From positions 17,176,001-17,240,000 of the forward strand of contig NC_087245.1 in the NCBI RefSeq assembly GCF_037042905.1: a stretch of DNA of 64,000 nucleotides, given 5' to 3'. The notes beneath the pieces are model-generated. The model saw only the letters and a list, made by a program, of their open reading frames with translations. It was not told the origin of the DNA and did no database searches. Shown piece after piece: positions 50,952 through 64,000 of this stretch. Within the stretch, counting starts at the first letter, position 1. Every line of letters starts with the position of its first letter. Source of the stretch: Lytechinus pictus. Its lineage: Eukaryota. The position numbers were made by a program, and so were the translations under genes.

Positions 50952-51939
50952 CAGTGCGTATCAAAAAAAAGTTTACACTTAGAAAAAATCCTGTAAAATT
51001 ATGTATTTGTAATATCCTGAAGATTTTTCCACATTTCAACATTGGTACAGATCCATTTAAGCAAATGACGATATAACTGTCGAAAAATATTTCCGCTTGA
51101 GTGAGCACCACTTACTTTTGAAAAGTTAGTGAAAAATTATTTGCGCAGAGCTTGAAATATTTATGCGAATAAAAATAGACCTTAATCACGAAGAACACGT
51201 GGAATTTAGCTAGTAAAATTGATTTGAAGATATCTTTTACCTTTTTTAAACTTGTTTTCTTGCCCGAAACACTTCGAAGAGTGCATTTCGCCCCACCCAA
51301 CTCCCCCACACACCAAGGCCATCGTGACGATACTTGCTTTACACTGAGCTGTGATTTACATGAAGTGGCTTAGGCTTGATTTTCATTTTGTTAATCATTG
51401 TCAAGCTTGGGAAAAGTGTGGTGAAACAAGTATTAATGAAAAATAAAATGTAAACCCACTTTAAATGATAAAACCTTAATAAAAAAAATGCTGGAAATGT
51501 CTGATATAAACTTTTGTTCAGATTCAGTTATGTCCCGAGATCCAGCTGGCACAAAAAGGGTAAAGGTTGTGCTTACTTAGTGTTGAAATTTCAATTTGGG
51601 TGGCAAAATTGTTACAAAATGCCTGAATGTATCCGTTTTATTTCCATTGACTAAAAGTGCAAGGGAAATGTATGAGAAGTGTTTCGCAGGATAAGTTTAA
51701 TTTCGCCCTTTCCCCTTGACACAGCGTGAAAACGAGCATTTCTGCGCAAACAGATTTCTGCGAGCTTTACAAAAATGGACAGTGCTCACTCAAAGTGTAA
51801 CATTCTGTAAAAACTTTTACTTTCATTGGATAGATGAGACCCAAACCCAAGATTATATATGAAAAAATTACCCACATGTTGCATATTTTTTAATTCCCAG
51901 GGCTTTTTCAAAGTGTAAACTTTTTTTTGATACGCACTG
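50952..51939. mobile_element. Tc1/mariner-type non-autonomous element
   Basis: 29-bp perfect TIR CAGTGCGTATCAAAAAAAAGTTTACACTT; TA on the right flank (CA on the left); no transposase ORF. Confidence 0.8.
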
Positions 51940-52596
51940 TATAGGTGGGCTCATAATGTCATCTTCCCACCTTCCCTTTTCTGTTACATAAAATTAAAAT
52001 TATTTGATGTTTTCATATAATCGTCAATAGGAAGAGGCAGAGAAATAACTTTATCTACGTTTCCCTCCGTAATCATGATAAAGGATAAGTATCTTCTTAG
52101 ATAAATTATGCGAGCGCGAGCTGAGAAATTTTGATATTCCGATCTGAAAGGGGGAAATTTAACAGGAAATAGATCACACCTTTTCAATGACGCGAGCTCG
52201 AATTGCATGCTATGTGAAATTATTTGATATTCCGATCTAGGACTATTCGTAAGAATTCGTGAAAAGGTATCTCATTAATTAATTGGCCTTATGAGAGTGT
52301 GATCTTTTAATATATATTCAGGCCTGAAAATGGGACATTTTTATTTTTGTAATCGTAAACAGGATGTGCGTGTTAATGATTATTTTTAACTATCAATACG
52401 CGCGAAGCGCGAGCCGAAATTTTTTATAAACTAATATGAAAATTAGATATTAGATTTTAAGTAGTTTTTTTAGAATAAATAAAGAAGTATAAAATGCGAG
52501 AACGCAGAGCTATGATTTTGACAATTAGACCTGAAAAGGGATATTGTTCCGATGGTCGACAGAATTACCTAGCTTCCGTTACACCAAAGTCCTGCA

Positions 52597-52850
52597 CACT
52601 CTAAAATATATTGGGTAAAATGCTCCATGAGGGTAATTATGTGTCCAACCAACATTGGGCATTTCTTTTGAACATTTTTATTTATCCAGTGTGATCAAAA
52701 TTTTGCCCATTGTAAAGTAATTGCTGCTTATTTTTTTTAACCTTACTGGACAATAATTTCCCGCATTGGGTAAAATACTGCCCCAAATTGGTTGGACACA
52801 TAATTACCCTCGTGCTGCTTAAAATTTCACCCAATATTTTTTTTACAGTG
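52597..52850. mobile_element. Palindromic MITE with CACT...AGTG ends
   Basis: GAGGGTAATTATGTGTCCAACCAA / TTGGTTGGACACATAATTACCCTC and ATATTGGGT/ACCCAATAT inverted blocks. Confidence 0.7.
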
Positions 52851-52901
52851 TACGTAAAATATTCACCCCACTGTAAGAGAGAAGTTCATATAAATATAAA
52901 C

Positions 52902-55624
52902 CGTCGTTGTTATGGACCGCCAGCAGTACATCGATGAAGCCATGAAAATTTCACTATGCACTCCTCGATTCTGACCCAACTTGTAATTTCTCCCTACAGA
53001 TCCAATTAACACTGAATGACATAAAAGAACACCAGCATCTCTCCGAGAAGGCCCACAAATTTCTCTCCCCTACTAATGCTAAACCTGCCCGCTTCTATCT
53101 CCTCCCGAAGATCCACAAACCTGGCAACCCCGGTCGACCCATCCTCTCAGGAAATGGTTCCTCAACAGAGAACATCTCCCTTTTTGTTGATTACCACATT
53201 AAGCCCCTTGTCTCACGTGCACCCTCTTACATCCACGACACTCCAGACTTTCTCAGGAAACTAAATGACATCAAGGACCAGATACCGGAGACTGCGATCA
53301 TCGGCACTTTCGATGTTTCTTCACTGTACACCAGCATTCCCCACGACGAAGGTATCCAAGCATCATGTGAAGCCTTGGCCGCCAGTGGCCATTCCAGTCC
53401 CCCCATATCCGATATCAAATCTCTGATGTCTCATGTACTAACAAAAAACAACTTCACATTCATGGGCAAGCACTACCTACAGATATTCGGTACAGCAATG
53501 GGCACCCGGATGGCTCCTTCATTAGCCTGTCTCTTCATGACCAAGCTGGAACAGCAGATGTTAGATTCAGCCCCCTGTCGCCCATGGATTTGGTGGCGTT
53601 ACATAGACGACATTTTCTTCATCTGGACCAGGGATGAAGATAGCCTCCATACATTCATTGACCACATCAATTCCTTCCACAGGACCATCAAATTCACTTC
53701 TGATTTCTCCCAACAGGAAACCCACTTCCTTGATGTCACAGTCCAGAAAAAGTCTAACGGTATCACCACTACCCGATACCCACCAGTATACCTCCACTCA
53801 TCCAGCTGCCACCCCCGTCACTGCAAAACCGGCATCGCTTACAGTCAAGCCATCAGACTTCGCCGTATCTGCTCCGAGGACCCTGATTTTTCCTTCCATG
53901 CCAGGAATTTGCAGAAACATCTCTCTGCCAGGGGCCACGGGGCCAGGGCAGTCCAACTGGCAATTAACAAAGTTCGTTCTCTCCCCAGATCTGAAGTTCT
54001 CAAACCAAAAAGAGACAAGGAGACTACCGACAGAATACCGCTTGTGACCACCTTCCATCCCAATCTACCCCCTCTCTGCAAAATCCTGTGTGATAACCAC
54101 CACATTTTACACACTTCTGATCGTCTCCAACAGGCCGTTCCCGCGGCGTTCCCGATACTCCCCTTCTAGCATACCGACGCCCACCGAATCTCAGGGACCT
54201 CATTGTTCGTGCTGAAGTGCCCTCCCTCACTAACCATTCTTCTCCCATACAGCATGGCACCTTCAAATGAACCAGCAACAGGTGCATCATATGTGAAATA
54301 CACTTTCACGAGGGCGACACTTTCACCAGCAACTCTACCAGCCTGTCTCACCAAATCAAGGGCAACGTGCACTACCACTAATGTTGTATATCTCATCACT
54401 TGCAGAGTTTGTAGGGTACAATACATAGGGGAAACCAAGACCACACTCAAGAGACGATTCTACGGGCACAGATCCACCGTCAACACAGCAAAGCTGGACA
54501 CTCCGGTTGGCCGCCATTTTAACCTCCCCAACCACTCCATCACTGACATGATGCTACAGGGCATCGAATCTTTAGGTACCCGTCCTGACTCAGTCCGTAC
54601 TAGCAGAGAGAAGCTCTGGATGAGACGACTTCGCACCACCCAACCTCATGGCCTGAACATCCAAGAGGGGAACGACTGATTATTCTTTCCTATCCACTTT
54701 CAATTTATATATACATATCATTTTTCCCCTCAGCTCTTTTGAATAGTTACATTATAGTTTCTTCCTCTACTTTCCTCCCATATCTCATACAAGCTCAGCT
54801 CCAATTTTCCCTCCTTATTCAGGCGATATAATAATTTTTATACATATTTTTTTTTCTCCACTCACCTCTTTTAGATTTACCACATTTGCTTATTTACATG
54901 TATACTATGGTTTCTTCATAATACACCCCCTCTCTTCTATATTTGCTTCTACCTTTTTAGGCAATTTGCTTCCTCTTTTTCACATATACAGTTTTTTTTT
55001 TTTTTTTTTTCCTACTGTATAGTCCTATGTTTTTTTCCCGTCACACCTAGCGGATTACAATTTCAGTTACACCATATGTGTATTTATATTTTTTCATATA
55101 CATTTCTTTTTTGGATATATTTATATACATATCACTTAAAGATACATATTTACACTTACCTTCTTCTCTTAGTTTGTTTAATGCTTTATCATATATACTT
55201 ATATATGTCTTTTGCACATTATCAGTTGTTCCCCATTCTTTTCCTTTTTCCCCCTTTCTTATGTACCAGTTTATTATGCCTTTCTTTGTAACCTCTTTGA
55301 CCCACCTCTCACTAATTATCTAGTTATTCATCCATCTATCACTGTTTTGTTCCAGATCCTGTTTGATGTTGCCTGCCTCATTATCTTAATCCCTCTTGGC
55401 CTTACTTACACTAACTTCCCTTTGTGTCTGCCTACTCCTTTTCTTTCATCCCCTTCACTAACCTGATTGGTCTTCTCTACTCACTAATGCCCCTTTTGTC
55501 TCCTTGTTTCTTGTAGCTTGTTTGTTGTCTATATTATGGTTGTTCCACTTTATATGTTTGTCATTTTGCCTCCGACGAAGATTCTGCTAGGATCGAAAGC
55601 TTAGGCCCCCTTTTTTACTTTCTA
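52902..55624 (+). mobile_element. Penelope-like retroelement (RT + GIY-YIG, Neptune-like), 5'-truncated and decayed
   Basis: FYLLPKIHKPGNPGRPI, FDVSSLYTSIP, GTAMGTRMAP, WWRYIDDIF, broken Cys linker (K*TSNRCIIC), NVVYLITC..C..QYIGET, GLN. Frameshifts and stops present; 12-bp flanking duplication ATAAATATAAAC (52890-52901, 55625-55636). Confidence 0.92.
55568..55606 (+). ncRNA. Minimal type I hammerhead ribozyme motif at the Penelope 3' end
   Basis: Stem I GCCT/AGGC, core CCGACGA(A), stem II GATTC/GGATC, GAAA, palindromic AAGCTT stem III, UH site. Confidence 0.65.
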
Positions 55625-56332
55625 ATAAATATAAACGGACAAAGTGGAATATAATCATCTTCACATTTTTTACAGACGGTTTCGAAATAGTTTAGTCGGA
55701 AATAGGTTAACGGTGTATCATTGTAGAAAAAAACACCATTAAAACAATTACCTTAAGTGTCTAGTGAATGAATTTTTACGTTTTCATTGCAGATGACCAT
55801 TCAAAATTAGCAATTATGACGGCCATCTCTAATTTTTATGGGGAAAATAAGTTTTTTAACAAAATACCATGGATATTGTATACGTTACTCGATATTGCTC
55901 TAAAATGAGACCAGTGTGCCTGTGACAAGACACAGTTGTGCCGAATTGCTTCTTGGATTTTACTTGTTGGAATATCATCTATGCCTTGTCTACTGCTATT
56001 ACTTATCGCATATCTCAATCTAGGGGAAAACTGAACTATTAGACTCTTTGCTTTGATTTTAAACTCAGACACCAATGATAATATAATATTTCGCTATGAA
56101 CTTTTGAATTTTGGGTGCATTGTACTGTAAATGTTTATAAAAAGTGGATTTGGCTAATATGGTTTTCACAATGATCTCAAACTTTGTTTACAACCACTTT
56201 CTGTTCTTCAGATTGGGAGTGTTGCCAAATATGAGCATACGGCCACAACAAGAATTATTTGCTTGTGTGCTCTTTTAAAAAACAGTACCGCCGGTGTATA
56301 AAGAAGATGACCACACCAAGCATTGGATATTA

Positions 56333-57118
56333 TAACGTGTCCCCCCCAAAAAAACCGTTAACGGCACTTTAACCGAGTATAATGTGAAAATTACTAAATC
56401 ATATTGTATACAATTTTTGTAATCGCAAATTAGCATCTTTTTTCATACAACTGGCGGAAACTTAATGCGATATGATTCATCAAACACAGAGCTATGAGCC
56501 TTCTTTCAGAACTCATCAGAAAACCTCTCAACCCAAGTTTCGTTATTGCGTTGCATAAAGTACGCATTAATGACGTCTTCATTCACTCTTTTTTAAAATT
56601 TCCTTTTTAGATTTTCGGCCCACGAATGGCGGGCCGATACTTGAATTTAAAAGGAAATTGAAGGTGTAAGAAGATTGCCATATCTTTAATCAAATATGAA
56701 ATTGATTGATTGATTAAAGGCAAACAAAAGGACAAATACAAGGAAATTAATTAAAGTAAATATTTCTTAAATCCATGATCTCATCAAATAACCAGAGGGG
56801 ATGAATGAATAGGTCTCCCCCAAGCCCTTAAAAAAGGAAATCCTTGCAGATTCACGCCCAATGGCTGAACGTGAATAAATATAAGCTACTTAACATGCGT
56901 AAATAGATAACAATCTTGTTGGCTGAACCTGAAAAAACTTTGATGGAGAGGTTTCCTGATGTGTAATGAACAAATGCTCATTTCTTTGTTACGATTGAAT
57001 CATGTCATATTTAACTTAATCCAGTTGTAGGAAATGAATTGTAGTTAACGGTCGTAAAATTGTAATTCTAATATTATGCCCATCTAGAGTGTCATTAATA
57101 TTTTCCGTGGGACACGCT
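56333..57118. mobile_element. Old Tc1/mariner-like MITE
   Basis: Degenerate TIRs ..CGTGTCCC..TTAACGGCACT / AGTGTCATTAA..GGGACACGCTG-TA. Confidence 0.5.
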
Positions 57119-59643
57119 GTAGTATTACATGCATGGTGTTAGGTCAGTACCACTGGCGTATTATAGCACTTTCCATTTGATATTTTAACACTAGGCCGAC
57201 CGGCGGATACCCCCCCCCCCCCCCGAGAGTCGTAGTCAAACTGCCTGACTTAATTAAGAAACGTGGCAGGTCTATTTGAATAAATGCTTTACTCGATTTT
57301 CATAAGAATGTAATATACAAGCCGATCATTATACTATTGATACGACTTGTTGAACTAATTATTGAATTTTGTACTTTTTTTTCATCATCAGCCAGAATCG
57401 ATTCCCACTGTATTATATAGGGCAATTAATATATAAATTTAATTGATCAATAAATCTAAGATACTCATTGTCTGCCCTCTCTCATTATTTACTGTAATTA
57501 ACACTCACTATCGTCTTCTTTCTCCATCCACCCCTTTCTCTCTCTCTCATTTCTGCCATTTTCACCCTTCCCCCCTCTCTCTCTCTCCCTCTAATATTAT
57601 GGGTTGAGCACAATATAGGAATTAGATTGGCAAGATAGAAGAAACTAGACACTATTACAAGAAGGTTATCATCCACTGATCACTTCCCTGTACTGGGTTT
57701 GGTTAGCAGAGATACACAGACACTACATGTACATAGGAGCTACAACTGAATGATCATTGGTCGGTGCTGACAGCACTCAAATCATGAAACCGCGCCAAAA
57801 ACATGACAAAATCAACAGTAGCATGACGATGAATGAAAAATGACATGACTGTACACATGTTAATTGCAAAATGCCATTTATATTTTCTTGATCATTAAGA
57901 TAATAGTTTCAATAATATAAAACAATTGCATCTCGGTCTTATATCTGGATAGGAACCACGTCCCAAATATCTATTTACCTATCTATATTCTCTATCTTGT
58001 GTTGTTCACTTTACATATGAATGCATGTTATCCTGCTAAACCAAATAAAATGGGTTAATTAAACCCATCTTGAAAAAAAATATTAACAAAAATCTATACA
58101 GTTAAGAGCAGCACAAGCACATTATTTGGAATTCCATTTCATCAAATGAATTAATAACTTATGCATATCATTTCAGTATATCAATGATCTCATGAACATT
58201 AATTTGTCATACATAGAAAATATACTGTACATAAACATAAACTTATCAATGATAAGAATTGCACATAAATATCACATGAAGCTGTTCTATTGATACATTG
58301 AGTGGAAACTCCCATAACAAGGTCATTCAGACCAAAGTAATTACATTGGAAAGCAAGAATATTGTTATTCCAGGTTTAAAAGAAACAACAAATCAAACCT
58401 GTGGAGAAAGTAGCAGCTATATCTTGAATTTTCTATGCAGGCAAGTTAACAAACATTAGAATGTAAGGGGAATTCGACAAAGAATACTTCATTGTTACAT
58501 CAGAAATATTAACATTTTAGGAGCCCTGTCTTCCAAAGAGTCATAATTAATCACTTCAATATTAATCATGTTCACTCATGGATGTGCCAGTGCTTTGGCC
58601 AACCAGCATGCTCTTTATTTGTTTACAAACAAAAACTGCCTCTATGCCTCCTATGTGAACAATCATGGCATGGATTGCTTTCCATAGTTCAGTTTGATTT
58701 GATCAATCTCATGTCTTTGTGCAACCAGGTCAAGAGCTCTTTTGACTTGGTTCCACCATACTGCTGTAATGTAAACACTGATGTTGAACAAAAAATGGCA
58801 CAGGCAATTCTCCCTACTGCAAATATGTTCCACCACAATACAACATAATATAATGGTGAAATCTACAGGTCAAAGGTCAGTATTTAGACAACTAATTTGG
58901 GGATGACTTGGCATCGTGAAAGCTTCTAACACTCTTGTCATCATGAGGATCCAATACTAGTAAAACAATATCCATTCCAATAAATTCATTTTTCAGTTGG
59001 GTGGCAGTTTTTGTGATATCATCGATCATAAACTATGAGAAAAAATAAAAGATGAATAACTTCACACACTGTGACCACATACTTGCAAGTGAAGAAGTCT
59101 AAACCAAAGACCTTTCAATTATCTTTTCTTGTGATATTTGAGATATATTGAGGTGGGGAGAATATCTTTTGTACCTTTTAATGATCAACTATTTAACTGT
59201 TACATTTATCAACAATGATTCAGGCAGCAATGCAACATAATGCAAAAAAGGAGTGTAGACTAATTATTAAATTTGCATAATTTTTGAAAAAAATCATTAA
59301 TTTGGAAGATCTAATTATTGGTCGTTCATGAAATCTATCTGCATTTTTTATGTGATGGCAATGATGGCAATCAAACCAGCTTAAAAGTTAGAATATTTCT
59401 GTCAATAAATAACAAAAGAAAACAAATTACACATACACAGATGCCACACTTATTCTTCAATCCTCTTAAACATTTGTTCCAACTACAACAGCACTCAAGT
59501 TTCAGAGCTTTGATAGGGTCACAATAATTTTTTTGTGAAACCCAGAAATAGTGACAGTCTCAAAGGAGAGACTCGTTGGGTTTTCCAGCTTTTGAGATAT
59601 AAAATAATATCACCTAACACAAGGAGAAATTAGTTGATTTCAG

Positions 59644-59801
59644 GGGCCCATTTCATAAAACTAGTTATAATAACAAATCTGCAAGAACAGTTAAAAGCTA
59701 CTAAAATCCATCAATTTGATTGGCTGATAGTAAATTTGTTATAGAATGTTAATGCAGAAACAGTGCATTTGTTATTATAACAAGTCTTAATGAATGGGAC
59801 C
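59644..59801. mobile_element. Small MITE
   Basis: GTTATAATAACAAAT / ATTTGTTATTATAAC inverted blocks within GGGCCCATTTCAT / ATGAATGGGACC ends. Confidence 0.55.
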
Positions 59802-60027
59802 TTAAGACTTTGTGGATAAGAATGGAATCATATAACACTCAGAGAAAGCAACATATCAATTTCAAAAATCTCTCTATATCGAGTGATGACATTCAATGTT
59901 TACGGAGGAGTGAACATATAGCATTCCTATAATGTAGAACACTGTTGTTCATAACTAGAACTATGCTAGAGTCAGTTCAAGGATCTCTTGATATCAGAAT
60001 AAAGTCATTCAGTCCTTGGGTTAATCT

Positions 60028-60296
60028 GGGCTCCGTCTTACAAAGAGTTAAGATTGATCTGATCAATCTCAACTGTATGGCAATCCATCCACACCATAAT
60101 TTTCTTCTACAGGAAATTTGCACAATCTCCTTAGTAAACAAAGAGAATTGCAATGAATCTTCAAGAGAACAATGAATGTATGAATATTCATCATATCTAG
60201 AAAATATTTTGAACAAATTTGCATTTTAGATGCTGATGTTGCTGGCCATCCTTAGTTGTGATTGATTGGATCAATTGCAACTCTTTGTAAGAGGGT
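60028..60296. mobile_element. Small MITE
   Basis: TCTTACAAAGAGTT..GATTGATC / GATCAATT..AACTCTTTGTAAGA inverted ends. Confidence 0.55.
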
Positions 60297-60584
60297 CAGT
60301 CTAATGGCCTCTAGATACACGATATCATTTCATCACAAGGGATAAGAGCCCATCACAGCTTCAGCTCTCTGAAGAAGAATACCACTCATCTCTGGGGAAA
60401 GACTAGTCTCACTCAATGATCTCATTCATCTATAGTGGGAGGAGCTAATCTATGACTGCATTGATAGAGAATGCCATTTATCACAAGGAGCTTGTGTCAG
60501 TCCAAAAACTCTCTCTTTGACAAGGAACAATGTCATTCAACACTAGCAGAGGAGGTATCGCTGAGTCTTTGACGTTTAATGATG

Positions 60585-60716
60585 TCATTCATCAATGGGA
60601 GGTGGAGCTAGTCTCAGTCTAAAACTTTCTTGATGCAGAATACTATTGGGTCTCACAAGGCCCTTGGAAGAAGGATTGGCTCGCTGGGAAAGCAGTACCT
60701 CGCTCAAGATTGCCAG
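60585..60716 (-). CDS. VPS8: VPS8 terminal coding exon
   Basis: CAG acceptor, 43 codons then TGA; ends FRLRLAPPPIDE. Confidence 0.82.
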   Translation of the reverse strand: MAILSEVLLSQRANPSSKGLVRPNSILHQESFRLRLAPPPIDE

Positions 60717-63267
60717 CTGTGGAGGTTTGATAAAAATACAGAAACAAATCACTAGTTGGGAGCCTGTGTCATAGCGAACTTATGATATAGAGAATTCATG
60801 ATTATGATGTTACCATGGAAACCTTGATTTTTAAATTGATTTTTGAGGCTTATTAGCAATGTATTTACCATAATGGCCGAATAGCCATCCCAAGTTATGT
60901 TCTTTTTGATAAGGGCCTCAGGAAGCCTAGTGTGACAATCATAAGCTACATTGCAAGATCATCATCTGTCCAAAAGGAACTTTGCTGAATAAACATAAGC
61001 CCGATATCAACCTTTAAAAAGGCACATTGTCATAAAGTATATCAAGATAGGTTTACTGTTGGGACGAGCTGAAATCTGCATTTTCCGCTCCATTCAGAAA
61101 GCTTGAAGATTTATTTCAACAATGACAAATTGTTTAATTATTTTATTGAATACAGGAAGGTATCTTCTGAAGAAAAATGATTCTGTTTTCTTCTTTTTCA
61201 ATCACCATTAACAGCTTTTGAAAAAAAAGCATGAAAGCTGTTGTTACTACTGCACCACATCCTCAATATAACACACCCTGTACACAACTGTTACAAAACC
61301 CATCAGACCACCCAACTTTAATTCTCAATTAAAAAGAACGACAATTATTAGATACCACAATTCAGCACTGCTATTTTTCCTACAAATTCATTCACTATTA
61401 AAGTCCAACATATCTTCATGTTATAGATGTGATCAAAGTACTTACTCTAGATGGTCCTTCTGTCCATTTCTTGAGATTTTCAAGAGAAGCTTCTTGTTCT
61501 GGATTCAAGGAAACATCCTAAAGGGAACCAAGTAACAAGAATAATTCTTTTATAGATATTGAAATCACCAACAATATTTGAAAGAAGTAGATAATCATGA
61601 ATGATGCTTAAGAATGACTTCACAATAGAATCTTTAAGATCAAGAGGAATTGTCATCATATCATCATAGGTCGAGATCTGACAAATCTTGAAGAAAATTA
61701 CTTTGTGATATCCTGTCATTTAGGATGAAAAACAATCACATGAAATGTTCAACACCACGGGATAGTGTGTCATTATTGCTTGGAAAAGACCCTACAGCTG
61801 AAATGCCATGCTCATTTCTCAGCAATCACCAATTTTTTACCAGACTCATTCAGCACATATTTTCATTATTTATACATACAAACACTTTGGTGGTCACTCT
61901 ACTGGATTCTGGTTTAATTCATTTTGAGATCGTGACCAGAATTGTTTTTCCTTTGCCCGTCTTTGCATCACAATATATTTTGTTGATTAAAAAAAAATGT
62001 TTGCATTACTAATGTAGACAAATAAATAATCCTGCAATTCATTTCAGTTTTGTTAATAAATAATATAATATAGATTTTGAGACTACATGTATACATTCTA
62101 TGACCAGGTTCTTGTTTAGAAGGTTATTTCATACCTCTTATATCCAATACATGTACATTTAACCTGTAATGAAGTTTTGTATTCTAAGTTAGTTCATTTA
62201 AAAAATGTATTCATGAGATACCATTACATACTAAAATCATGACTTGAAGGTACATGCAACATTGAGCATGGCAATTTAGGATTGAAATAAGGCTTTCAAT
62301 TCAATAAAGGGTAAGCTGACAATGGACTAAACTCCTATTGAAATTTACCATGGGTATATTTTGTGAATAGACTTCCTGTCTATTCATACATGACCTAGGG
62401 TAGTTCTGAATAGACTTTCCTTTTATTCATAGAAACCTCGGTACTTGTGAATAGACTTCCCTTCTACTCATACTTGTACAGAAGTATCACTTCATATTGG
62501 TCTTCTTTACATGCAAAGTTGTGCAAGTTATTAGAATGAATAGAAGGCCTAGATTGAAGTTCTTCACTAATGGCTAGTCAACAACACAATGTGCTTGTAA
62601 ATTTGCCAGATTATGAATTGTAGAAAGCTGGTGTAAAATAAAATAAAATCAGAATGTATTCATCTACATAGATTACACAGTGTTCTCATACAATAGTAGG
62701 GGCGTACTAGTTCATCAGAACATTTCTGTAAGCAGTTAAAAACCTGAATTTTTCTCAAAAACTCTCAATGCTAACAGTGCAGACAAAAGCTGTAATGGAC
62801 GTTGGATGTGTATACTATGCAATTCATGCATCACTAATTCTATATGTGTGTGAATGATAGAATTGGCAGCCCGCTGTATATTCCTTGAGTCTAACGAAGC
62901 CAGTAAAGAGTTAACAGTACATGTAAAGAACATCCAATTCATGTGATGTTCCTACAAATATATTGACAAACTAGTACTGAATTTGCATACTGTATATCAC
63001 AATGACAATGCCTGCAGAAATACTTCATTTCATACCTCTTCGGCAGTATCCTTTGAACCTCCTGCTGCTCCACCCCTTGGTGATGTTGGCCCGCCTCCTC
63101 TCTTAGGCTCCTCCCCTGAGCTGAAGAGGCGTGGCCTCCTGTTGGGTGTAAGCGCCGCCCCTCTCCTTGCGGAATAGCACTGTAAGCATGTCCAGTGTCT
63201 CTGCCCATCTATCATGGCTGAACAGCCAGCAGTCTGCAGGCAGGTTGAATGGTAAGTATGACCGCAG
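60585..63267 (-). CDS. VPS8: Vacuolar protein sorting 8 (CORVET subunit), last three coding exons
   Basis: Exons 63267-63036 (SCGHTYHSTCL...WTCLQC), 61517-61446 (DVSLNPEQEASLENLKKWTEGPSR) and 60716-60585 (LAILSE...SILHQESFRLRLAPPPIDE*) splice in frame and match my recollection of the animal VPS8 C-terminus. Confidence 0.85.
61446..61517 (-). CDS. VPS8: VPS8 penultimate exon (72 nt)
   Basis: TAG acceptor, GTAAGT donor, phase 0-0. Confidence 0.8.
63036..63267 (-). CDS. VPS8: VPS8 exon: second half of RING-H2 finger and linker
   Basis: CAG acceptor, GTATGA donor; CGHxYHxxC...WxCxxC. Confidence 0.85.
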
Positions 63268-63455
63268 CTGACGTACAGACACACAAAAAGGAACATTTGG
63301 GTTTTAAGCATTCACAGCAGACCTAATCCAATCGTGTTTATCCTTCAAAGGGGGACTGATCCCTAAGGAGCACAATCCACAAATACTTAAAAAACAATGT
63401 GAAATAAGTTGTGACTTCTGGTAAAAGATAATGATGGCAATTTGACCTTTATTAA

Positions 63456-64000
63456 CTCTTAATGTGCCAGTACGAATACCCCTTGACTGCCAGGGGTATT
63501 CGAGGGAATCCTAAATTGACCGAAACGTAAGCAGAGACTGATTTTAAAACGGTTTTAATTCTTTACCCGTACATTGTATAATGAAATCTTCAACACATGA
63601 AATCATGCATGGTTCATGGACTTTATGATCGTGTTATTATCTTTCTATTTGCGTTTTAAAAAAATGAGAACAAATGTAATATTTTACATTGTCTTATTTT
63701 TTCAATAAGTAAAACCTAATAATTATAATTTCATGAACATTTCAACGAGCAAATAACCTGATGAATTGTAGAGATACCAAGAAATTAAGAAGATAAAATA
63801 AAAGTTCAATGTTTATCCTTTTAAATGACGTAGATATTGATGAAATTGAAGAAACAGAAATAACAAAAAATAATGCTCTTTTGAATGAAATACTATTTTG
63901 GCTTTTTAAGTTGCTTCCTCTGAAGAATACACACACAATTGAAAGCGTTCTTTTCCAAAAAAGGGCATCGTCTTCTATCAAGTGACCAATCACAGAACAG
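63456..64000. mobile_element. Second copy of the piggyBac-like element end, in a VPS8 intron, running off the window
   Basis: TTAA-CTCTTAATGTGCCAG start; colinear with 24233-24765. Confidence 0.75.

Noticed and set aside
53375..54679. Intact active retroelement or domesticated RT gene
   Set aside because: 5' truncated, with frameshifts and an in-frame stop between RT and GIY-YIG
62364..62470. Three palindromic ~23-bp repeats (TGAATAGAC..TCTATTCA) with 18-20-bp spacers, superficially CRISPR-like
   Set aside because: Spacers resemble each other (ACCTAGGGTA/ACCTCGGTA), repeats are degenerate, it lies in a eukaryotic intron and no cas genes are present; a decayed minisatellite

Overview
AT-rich, intron-containing animal genomic DNA. 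The repeat families and gene styles suggest a sea urchin or other echinoderm, but that is inference. Three spliced protein-coding genes are present. (1) The 3' part of a myosin light chain kinase gene (+, 10 exons, 1871-15147; Ig-Ig-Ig-FN3-kinase-CaM-binding helix-acidic linker-telokin-like Ig). (2) A complete 3-coding-exon galactose-3-O-sulfotransferase (+, 42131-47750, 478 aa). (3) The last three exons of VPS8 (-, 63267-60585). A full-length SRP (7SL) RNA gene lies on the minus strand at about 30394-30691, with a perfect B box just downstream of its terminator. The rest is dense with transposons. A 10.6-kb nested stack (19596-30232) centres on a 9.2-kb foldback element, probably Academ-derived, whose 2-kb inverted arms are arrays of paired YY1-type motifs. 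There are also hAT-, Kolobok-, piggyBac-, Harbinger- and Tc1-type non-autonomous elements, tRNA-derived SINEs, LINE 3' ends, and a decayed Penelope-like retroelement with a minimal hammerhead ribozyme motif. The most notable observations are a candidate in-frame acidic 57-nt exon inside the MLCK calmodulin-binding helix, the YY1-array foldback element, the 7SL downstream B box and the hammerhead. All calls were made by eye; no database searches were run.
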